Assembly (NCBI GenBank): GCA_050998755.1
Contig: JBPCPW010000001.1
Coordinates: 5,343 to 69,342 of the forward strand
Reading direction: 5' to 3'
Length of the DNA stretch: 64,000 nucleotides
Origin: Candidatus Dormibacteria bacterium
GTDB taxonomy: Bacteria; Chloroflexota; Dormibacteria; DASZGP01
This document shows, piece after piece, positions 9,868 through 16,542 of the stretch. Each line of letters begins with the position of its first letter. Within the stretch, counting starts at the first letter, position 1. Both the position numbers and the translations under genes were made by a program. The notes under the pieces were generated by a model. It saw only the letters and a list, made by a program, of their open reading frames with translations. It made no database searches and was not told the DNA's origin.

Positions 9868-10094
9868 GTGACGGCCAGGCAGGTAACGGTCTTGAAGACC
9901 CCTTCAATCTTCTGCACCGCCTCGACGATCACGCCTCCGATGGCGTTCACGTCCTCACCCTCGATGCGGGCTATGACGTCGTACTCGCCGGTGATGGCGT
10001 CGGCCACCGTGACCCCCTTGGTTCCCTGGAGGCGCTTCGCGACGTCCATGGCGCGACCGGGTGATGTGTTGATCAGTACGTAAGCAGTAACCAT
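9864..10094 (-). CDS. stand-alone Lrp/AsnC C-terminal ligand-binding (RAM) domain protein
   Basis: 76 aa, YVLINT...AMDVAKRL...VIARIEGEDVNAIGGVIVEAVQKIEGV; AGGAGG 5 nt upstream of ATG; downstream of kbl. Confidence 0.75.
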   Translation of the reverse strand: MVTAYVLINTSPGRAMDVAKRLQGTKGVTVADAITGEYDVIARIEGEDVNAIGGVIVEAVQKIEGVFKTVTCLAVT

Positions 10095-10150
10095 CCGAAC
10101 CTCCTAACCCCAAGCGGGAGAGCCCAGTGTATGGGCGGAGCGGACCCGGG

Positions 10151-11338
10151 TCAAATCAGGCCGAGCTTCCGGCCTGCGCCTTCGAAGACCTCGAGGGTCG
10201 CGTCCAACTGGGCGCGGGAGTGCTCGCTGGTGACTATGGTCCGGACCCGGGATTGCTCCCTCTTGACCATCGGGAAGACGATCGGCTGGGCGAAGATACC
10301 GCCCTCCAGCAGCGCGTCAGAGAGGGCGTTGGCCCTGTCCGGGTCCCCCGCGATGACCGGTGTAATCGGCGTCTCGCTGACCCCGGTGTTGAATCCCAGG
10401 GCGTTCAGCTGGGCCTTGAAGTAGCGCGTGTTCTCCCAGAGGCGGTCGATGCGCTGGGGCTCCTTTAGGAGGACGTCGATGGCGGCGATACAAGCGGCGG
10501 CGACGCCGGGCGGGTGCGACGTCGAAAAGAGGAACGGCCTGGCCTTGGCGATGAGGTACTCGCGCACGGTCGCGCTGCACGCCGCGTACCCGCCGAGGAC
10601 CCCCATGGCCTTGGATAGCGTGCCGACCTGGATCTCGACGCGGCCGTCGAGGCCGAAGTGGCTGACCGAGCCGCGGCCGTTCTTGCCCAGCACGCCACTG
10701 GCGTGGGCATCGTCCACCATGACCATCGCGGTGTGGGCCGCGGCGCGTTCGACGATGCCCGGCAGCGGGGCGATGTCGCCGTCCATGGAGAAGACGCCGT
10801 CGGTCACCACCAGCTTGCGCCGGTACTTCCTCGCCTCCTCCAGCTTCTCTTCCAGCGAATCGAGGTCGTTGTGTTTGTAGATCAGACGGTCGGCGCGGGT
10901 CAGCCGGATGCCGTCGATGATGCTGGCATGGTTCAACTCGTCGCTGATGACCACGTCGCCCTCGACGAGAACTGATGACAGGATCCCGAGGTTGGTGGCG
11001 TAGCCCGACTGAAGGGTGAGCGAGGCTTCGGTGTGTTTGAAGTCCGCGAGGCGGCTCTCGAGCTCCTCGTGGATGGACAGCGTGCCGGCAATCGTCCTCA
11101 CCGCGCCACTGCCGGCGCCGAACCTGTTGGTGGCGTTCACCGTTGCCTGCACCAGGCTGGGGTGCGTATTGAGGCCCAGGTAGTTGTTCGAACTGAGGTT
11201 GATCAGCCTGCGGCCCTTGATCGTGACCTCGGTGCCCTGGGGTGATTCGATGACCGCCAGCGGACGATAGAGCCCGGCGGCAGCGAGCTCGTCGAGCTCC
11301 AGCCGAAGCGTGGCCTCCGACTCGCGAGCGACGGTCAA
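10151..11338 (-). CDS. kbl: glycine C-acetyltransferase (2-amino-3-ketobutyrate CoA ligase)
   Basis: 395 aa PLP-dependent alpha-oxoamine synthase; ...SNNYLGL..., DDAHASGVLG, SKAMG (PLP Lys); ATGA overlap with tdh. Confidence 0.85.
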   Translation of the reverse strand: MTVARESEATLRLELDELAAAGLYRPLAVIESPQGTEVTIKGRRLINLSSNNYLGLNTHPSLVQATVNATNRFGAGSGAVRTIAGTLSIHEELESRLADFKHTEASLTLQSGYATNLGILSSVLVEGDVVISDELNHASIIDGIRLTRADRLIYKHNDLDSLEEKLEEARKYRRKLVVTDGVFSMDGDIAPLPGIVERAAAHTAMVMVDDAHASGVLGKNGRGSVSHFGLDGRVEIQVGTLSKAMGVLGGYAACSATVREYLIAKARPFLFSTSHPPGVAAACIAAIDVLLKEPQRIDRLWENTRYFKAQLNALGFNTGVSETPITPVIAGDPDRANALSDALLEGGIFAQPIVFPMVKREQSRVRTIVTSEHSRAQLDATLEVFEGAGRKLGLI

Positions 11339-12387
11339 AGCCCCGCCGCGGCGGGGACCCCGCCCGGGTACATCACGACCTTGCCACTCTCGCCATGTGC
11401 GATCAGTTGCATGGCCTCCTCCACATCATCGAGCCCGATGCGGTGGGTGATCAGCGGCCGGACGTCGACCATCCCCGTCTCCAGGTACCGGCGGGTGTGC
11501 TCCCAGGTTTCCCAGATGCGGCGTCCGAAGATCCCGAACACCGTGACCCCCTTCTGGATGACCAGCGCGTTGAGGTCCAGGGTCACCGGCCTCACCGGCA
11601 GCCCCAGCAGGCTGATCCACCCACCGGGTCGGAGGGTCTGCAGGCCCTGGGTGATTGCCGCGGCGTTGCCGGACATCTCCAACACCACGTCGATGGGGCC
11701 CCCGGCAGCATCGCGGATCGCGTCGACGGCGTCCCCTGAGCTGGTGTCCAGCAGGGCGTCCGCGCCCATCTTGCGGGCCAGGCCCAGGCGATAGGCGTTG
11801 ACGTCGGTCGCGATCACGCGCCGGGCGCCCTCGGCCCTGGCGATGCCGATGCAGAAAAGGCCGATCGGGCCGCAGCCGGTGACCAGGACCACCTGGTCCT
11901 TGAGGGGCCCGCGGGTTGCCGAGTGCACGGCGTTGCCGAACGGCTCCTGGATGCTGGCGACCTCGAGCGGCATGGCGCGGTCGGTGATCCAGGCGTTCTC
12001 GGCCGGGATGGCCACGTACTCGGCGAAGCACCCGTCGCGGTCGAACCCGATGATCTTGACGTTGTCACAGACGTGCTTCTCGCCGATCAGGCACTGGTGG
12101 CAGGTGCCATCGACGATGTGCGTCTCAGCAGCGATGAAGGCCCCAGCGCTGATCGATTCGACCCGGGGGCCGACGGCTTCGACGGTGCCACAGAACTCGT
12201 GGCCCACGACGCGTGGCGTCTTCATCCGCTCGGCCACCCAGTCACGCCACTCATAGATGGCCAGGTCTGAACCGCAGATCGAGGTGGCTTCGACGCGGAC
12301 CAGGATCTCGCCCTCGCCGGCCACCGGCTCTGGGATGTCAACGATCTTGACGCCCACGCCGGGCTGATGTTTGAGCACCGCTTTCAC
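11335..12387 (-). CDS. tdh: L-threonine 3-dehydrogenase (Zn-dependent)
   Basis: VKAVLKHQ... N-terminus aligns with Tdh MKALSKL; CGSDLAIYEW, GHEFCGTV, GCGPIGL; GTG start at 12387 (longer ORF to 12510 is N-terminal garbage). Confidence 0.85.
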   Translation of the reverse strand: MKAVLKHQPGVGVKIVDIPEPVAGEGEILVRVEATSICGSDLAIYEWRDWVAERMKTPRVVGHEFCGTVEAVGPRVESISAGAFIAAETHIVDGTCHQCLIGEKHVCDNVKIIGFDRDGCFAEYVAIPAENAWITDRAMPLEVASIQEPFGNAVHSATRGPLKDQVVLVTGCGPIGLFCIGIARAEGARRVIATDVNAYRLGLARKMGADALLDTSSGDAVDAIRDAAGGPIDVVLEMSGNAAAITQGLQTLRPGGWISLLGLPVRPVTLDLNALVIQKGVTVFGIFGRRIWETWEHTRRYLETGMVDVRPLITHRIGLDDVEEAMQLIAHGESGKVVMYPGGVPAAAGL

Positions 12388-12466
12388 AGCTTCGATTCTA
12401 GGTTTCCGCCCGCCACGGGCACGTACAGTAACCAACCGATGGCTCAGGTGTTGAGTAGGGGGCGGC

Positions 12467-13024
12467 GTGCCAAAGTCTGACGCCGAACTCGAGGAGGAGA
12501 GACAGCTCATCGAGGCGGCGAGGACAGACCCCGCCGTCTATCAGAAGCTCTATGACCGCTATTTCGACCAGATCTACTCCTACGTCTACTACCACTGCGG
12601 CAGCCGCGAGCAGGCTGAGGACATCACCGCGGCGACATTCCAGCGCGGACTGGAGGACCTGCCCAACTTCCAGTGGCGGGGAATTCCCTACTCGGCGTGG
12701 CTGTACCGTGTCGCAGGCAACCTGTTGTCACGCGACCGGCGGAGACCAGCGTGGCTGGAGTTGCAGGATGTCCAGTACCGGGAGGACGACCCTGGCGCGC
12801 CGGAGGCCATGGTGCTGCAGATGGACGAGAACGGCCGCCTCCAGCAGGCGGTCCAGGCACTCCCCCCGGACCAGCGGCAGGCCATCCTGCTGCGGTTCTT
12901 CGCGGGTATGCGCAACAAGGAGGTCGGCAGGGTGATGAATCGCAGCGAAGGGGCGGTCAAGCTGCTGGTCTTCCGTGCTGTTGGAAACTTGCGCAAGGGG
13001 ATGGCGGAGGGGCACACACCATGA
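12467..13024 (+). CDS. ECF-subfamily RNA polymerase sigma-70 factor
   Basis: Sigma70 region 2 (...YDRYFDQIYSYVYYHCGSREQAEDITAATF...) and region 4 (...QRQAILLRFFAGMRNKEVGRVMNRSEGAVK...). Confidence 0.85.
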   Translation: MPKSDAELEEERQLIEAARTDPAVYQKLYDRYFDQIYSYVYYHCGSREQAEDITAATFQRGLEDLPNFQWRGIPYSAWLYRVAGNLLSRDRRRPAWLELQDVQYREDDPGAPEAMVLQMDENGRLQQAVQALPPDQRQAILLRFFAGMRNKEVGRVMNRSEGAVKLLVFRAVGNLRKGMAEGHTP

Positions 13025-13395
13025 GTCACCGCGCCGCCGAGGACCTCTCCGACGCCATCGACAGGTGGCTGGCGCGCACCGACCTGGGCCACGGCGAGAG
13101 CCTCGCGGAGATCATCGACGCGCTTGGCGACGGGCTGCCGCAGGTCGCCGATGCGGACGCCAGGGAGCGTGTCCGCCGCCGCCTCGCCGGGGTCAGTCCC
13201 CGACCCCGCAGTCCGCAGGAGGTCCTGCTGGAGCGCGCCATCGACGAGGTCGATCGCCTGCAGCACCGCCTGCGGGAGGACGAGTACGTCCCGTGGAGCG
13301 CGGTGGCCACCGCCGCCGTCATCGTCATCGGCGCTGTGGGGTTGGCGGCCTGGCTGCGCCGCAAGGGGTTTGTGCAGCCCATAACCGTCGATTGA
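13021..13395 (+). CDS. small tail-anchored membrane protein, putative cognate anti-sigma factor
   Basis: ATGA overlap with sigma gene; 124 aa, soluble N-terminus then single C-terminal TM (AVATAAVIVIGAVGLAAWL); no zinc motif. Confidence 0.5.
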   Translation: MSHRAAEDLSDAIDRWLARTDLGHGESLAEIIDALGDGLPQVADADARERVRRRLAGVSPRPRSPQEVLLERAIDEVDRLQHRLREDEYVPWSAVATAAVIVIGAVGLAAWLRRKGFVQPITVD

Positions 13396-13425
13396 GGGGG
13401 ACCGGCTGGCATAGTTACTGGCCAG

Positions 13426-14328
13426 ATGGAAGGAAGTTCAATCCGTAAAGCGGTGATCCCCGCCGCGGGCCTTGGCACCCGGTTCCTGCCCGGCACCAAG
13501 GTTCTCCCCAAGGAGATCCTGCCTGTCGTCGACCGCCCGGTCATCGAGTGGGCGGTGGATGAGGCGCGCGATTCGGGCGTGACCGAGGTGGTGATCGTCC
13601 TCAGCCCGGGCAAGGACCTGCTGATGCGCCATTTCGCGCCCGCGCCAGAGCTTGAGCGATACCTCGAGGAGCGCGATAAGCCAGGGCCGCTGGAGAGCGT
13701 ACGGAGCATCGGCCGGGGGGTGACGATGAGCTCGGTTCTCCAGGACCAGCCCCTGGGCCTGGGCCACGCTGTACTGCAGGCGCGCGAAGCCATCGGTGAC
13801 GAGTTCTTTGCCGGGCTTCTCCCCGATGACATCATCCGCGGACCTCGGCCGGTGATCGCGCAGATGATCGAGGTCCACGAGAAGTACGGCTGTAGCGTGC
13901 TCGCCGTCCGCAAGGTGCCGATCGAGGCCATCGGACGGTTCGGCTCAATCGAGTTTGGGGAGAGGGAGGGGCGGGTCTACGAGGTCAAGCATCTGGTCGA
14001 GAAGCCCGACCCCAGGGACGCGCCGTCCGACCTTGCGGTCATGGGTCGGTACATCCTCAGCCCGCGCATCTTCGACGCCCTGGAGCGCACCGAGAAGGGC
14101 GCCGGCGGCGAGATCCAGCTGACCGATGGGGTGATGAACCTGCTCGGTGAGGAGAGGGTGATGGCGCTGGAGTTCGAAGGGGATTACTTTGACGTCGGCA
14201 CCATCGCCGGATGGCTCAAAACCTCGATCGCCCTCGGCCGCGCCCGGGCGGAGTTCCGCGATGAGATTGACGGATACCTCCGCGAGCTCCTGCAGAGCGC
14301 TCCCGACCACCCGCCGCCGACTGGCTGA
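13426..14328 (+). CDS. galU: UTP--glucose-1-phosphate uridylyltransferase
   Basis: KAVIPAAGLGTRFLPGTKVLPKEILPVVDRPVIEW... canonical GalU N-terminus and length (300 aa). Confidence 0.9.
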   Translation: MEGSSIRKAVIPAAGLGTRFLPGTKVLPKEILPVVDRPVIEWAVDEARDSGVTEVVIVLSPGKDLLMRHFAPAPELERYLEERDKPGPLESVRSIGRGVTMSSVLQDQPLGLGHAVLQAREAIGDEFFAGLLPDDIIRGPRPVIAQMIEVHEKYGCSVLAVRKVPIEAIGRFGSIEFGEREGRVYEVKHLVEKPDPRDAPSDLAVMGRYILSPRIFDALERTEKGAGGEIQLTDGVMNLLGEERVMALEFEGDYFDVGTIAGWLKTSIALGRARAEFRDEIDGYLRELLQSAPDHPPPTG

Positions 14329-14331
14329 CCG

Positions 14332-14373
14332 GGCCCGGTGACGGGCCTCGGGGCGGCGCTCAAAGCAGGCCCC
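14332..14373 (+). terminator. two GC hairpins just 3' of galU stop (possible factor-independent terminator, no U-tract)
   Basis: GGCCCG-gtga-CGGGCC at 14332-14347 and GGGGC-n14-GCCCC at 14350-14373. Confidence 0.35.
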
Positions 14374-14444
14374 GGTGCTAGACTCGGTGCCCTGCGGGAA
14401 TTCGTTTCGACATTTTTTTTGTATTCAGGATTGGGATTGAAGCC

Positions 14445-14717
14445 ATGGCCATCGACCGGGGTCGTCGACGCGACGAGGAACGGAATGTTCGCTACCTCAA
14501 CGAGGAAGGCGACTATGCCGTCGAGGTTGAACACACCCTCAACAAGTGGGCGGTGACCGTGCTCGAGATCCCGTCCAAGAAGATCATCGCGCAGGACTTC
14601 TTCCCCGAGCGGTGGAAGGCGCTGGCGCGCGCCCAGGACTTCGTTCGGATCCTCAACATGAGGCACAAGGACGAAGAGGGGCAGGAAGCCGGCCCAACCC
14701 CCGGCGACCAGGACTGA
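14445..14717 (+). CDS. hypothetical small charged protein (90 aa)
   Basis: Good coding codon bias; preceded by unusual T8 tract and AT-rich segment 14401-14444; no family recognised. Confidence 0.55.
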   Translation: MAIDRGRRRDEERNVRYLNEEGDYAVEVEHTLNKWAVTVLEIPSKKIIAQDFFPERWKALARAQDFVRILNMRHKDEEGQEAGPTPGDQD

Positions 14718-14747
14718 CGGCTCGCATCCTGAGGCCCGGGGGGTAAC

Positions 14748-15068
14748 GTGAACGATTTTCTGCGCCGCGAGTGGGGCGCGGTCGCCTTCCTGGTGGCCAC
14801 CGCCCTGGGCATCATCGTGGTGCCCGTGGGACTCAACCTCAACAAGCGCAACGTCCCCGCCGCGACCGAGTCGCTGATTTCGGCCAGCCCGTCCGCCAGC
14901 CCCAGTTCCGCCGCCTCAGCCAGCCCGAGCCCGGCGGCCTCCCCCAGCCCGAGCCCCGACGCCTCCCCCAGCCCTTCGCCCTCGCCCGTGGAGTCTCCGT
15001 CGCCCTCACCCAGCCCGTCGCCAGACGTCAGCCCCAGTCCCAGCGCCCCCTCGCCCAGCCCCTCTTAG
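14748..15068 (+). CDS. small membrane-anchored protein with C-terminal (Ser-Pro)n low-complexity tail
   Basis: GTG start; N-terminal TM helix (AVAFLVATALGIIVVPVGL) then ~60 aa of SPSPSP/ASPS repeats ending at TAG. Confidence 0.5.
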   Translation: MNDFLRREWGAVAFLVATALGIIVVPVGLNLNKRNVPAATESLISASPSASPSSAASASPSPAASPSPSPDASPSPSPSPVESPSPSPSPSPDVSPSPSAPSPSPS

Positions 15069-15458
15069 CCCGCCGTCAGGGCGCGCAGGCGTGTTGTCGC
15101 CGTGGTTCGGAGGGTCAGCGAGCCCTGGCGGGACGACGAGGGCGCCGGCCTTGTTCACGAGCCGGCGAGCGCATCGCGGGCCGTTTGTCCTCCGCCACCG
15201 CGCGGGGTCGGCCGTCAGGCTTGTTGAGGCGCCGCCGTAGCTTGTTGCTTGGGCTCGGCGAGGGCCTTGACGGCGTCATAGGCGCCTGGGCCGTGCCTTG
15301 CGCCTGTCGACGATTGCCATCCCGCCGAACTGAACGACATCGTCGAACCCCACAAGCCCACACGCCACTACGGCAGGAGCGCGCATCAGCTGCGCCAAGA
15401 GCGCGGCCTGCGCCTTACCCAACAAAAGTCGTAGGTCGAGCGGGTTGCTCATACCACC

Positions 15459-15598
15459 CGGGGGGCCGCCGTGGACTAGGGATCCTGCGTAGAGCAAGGG
15501 GGGGAGGCAGCAAGGAAATCGTTTCTCGCGCGTTGCATTCAGGTAACGAGGCACCGGCGATTGGAGGCCTGACGGAAGTCGGGCGCACCGGCCCCCCG
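15459..15598 (+). ncRNA. candidate structured 5' leader (cis-regulatory RNA?) of the downstream small secreted-protein gene
   Basis: Perfect 10-bp GC helix CGGGGGGCCG(15459-68)/CGGCCCCCCG(15589-98) enclosing 120 nt with G-tracts (GGGATCC, GGGGGGAGG) and a 7-bp hairpin with GGAA loop (15567-84); closing helix ends 5 nt before SD GAAGGAGA. Confidence 0.25.
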
Positions 15599-15613
15599 CG
15601 CAGAAGGAGAACC

Positions 15614-15853
15614 TTGCTCCTAAAAATCCCGCGCATCTCGCGCTGGCGCCTCGGGCTGGTGCTATGCGCCTTCTTTGGCCTTGTCAATGCGGTGCCCTCC
15701 CGAGCGCTCGCTGACGCGCCACTGGCTGAGCGCACTGTCAGCCTCGGTGGCTTCACGCTCAGCAGCGCTTATGCGGTCGATTACACCGCCCTGGGATACC
15801 CTGCATATCAGTTGACCGACAGCCACAACGGACTCCAGGCGGGCCACGGCTGA
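15614..15853 (+). CDS. small secreted protein (79 aa) with Sec-type signal peptide
   Basis: TTG start 4 nt after GGAG; MLLKIPRISRWRLGLVLCAFFGLVNAVPSRALA|DAPL... signal peptide with AxA cleavage motif; the enclosing 360-aa ORF (14771-15853) is otherwise Arg-rich garbage. Confidence 0.4.
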   Translation: MLLKIPRISRWRLGLVLCAFFGLVNAVPSRALADAPLAERTVSLGGFTLSSAYAVDYTALGYPAYQLTDSHNGLQAGHG

Positions 15854-15968
15854 CTGTGTGATCCCCATCCTCGGCTTGGGGAAGCTTGAGGTCTCGCCGA
15901 AGCCGCCCCAGCCCGCGGGTGGCCGGGTCGGAGCTGTTTGAATCCGCATATGGGCGCGACCGCCCGCT

Positions 15969-16463
15969 TCAGGCGGCGCGCAGGCTCAGGGTGCCGTTGT
16001 TGGGCAGGAACTGCCCGAGTTGCAGTGCAACGTCCGCCAGTTCGGCCTCACCGCGCATCATGCGCAACTCGATGCGGTCCGCCAGGCGCAGGTTGGCGAT
16101 GCGCACACAGTCGCGTAGGAAGGGCAGAACCAATGGTTCGATCAGGTTGACGAAATACCTGCGAGCCGACTCCAGCGGTTCACCGATCTCCTCTGAGCGA
16201 TCCCGGTAGGCGATCACCACCAGCTCGTCTGAGAGCATCACCGGGTCGGTCCACAGGTAGCCCCGGGCGGCCTTGCGGCTGCTGAGCGGGAAGCCCTCGA
16301 GGCGTGGCCACAGCCTGGAGATCAGGTCCGGGTGCCCCTCGACGAAAAACGTCACGTCACGGAGCGGCTGGTCGATGCGCTGTTGCGGATATCGCGCCGA
16401 GAAGCCCACCTCGTCAGTCGCGTAGAAGGGCGCCGGCACCTTGATGACCAGCTCTTCGATCAT
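15969..16463 (-). CDS. hypothetical protein (164 aa)
   Basis: ATG at 16463 with GAGGG SD-like upstream; coding-like composition; downstream of polX on same strand; no family recognised. Confidence 0.5.
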   Translation of the reverse strand: MIEELVIKVPAPFYATDEVGFSARYPQQRIDQPLRDVTFFVEGHPDLISRLWPRLEGFPLSSRKAARGYLWTDPVMLSDELVVIAYRDRSEEIGEPLESARRYFVNLIEPLVLPFLRDCVRIANLRLADRIELRMMRGEAELADVALQLGQFLPNNGTLSLRAA

Positions 16464-16542
16464 CTCGCCACCCTCAGACGGGCTTGCCACGCGTCCATTG
16501 AACCATTGTCCGGCGCCGGCGGCAACATCTATCGATGGCGGC

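Noticed and set aside
15115-15554. Two minus-strand small ORFs (15115-15363, 15276-15554) joined by an ATGA overlap, one containing an SPSPS stretch
   Set aside because: Arg-rich, no SD, poor codon bias; most likely chance ORFs in the 545-nt non-coding stretch, though a tiny peptide cannot be excluded.
14771-15853. 360-aa + strand ORF spanning the SP-repeat gene and the non-coding gap
   Set aside because: Out of frame relative to the SP-repeat protein and extremely Arg/Pro/Gly-rich; only its last 79 codons (signal-peptide protein from TTG 15614) look coding.
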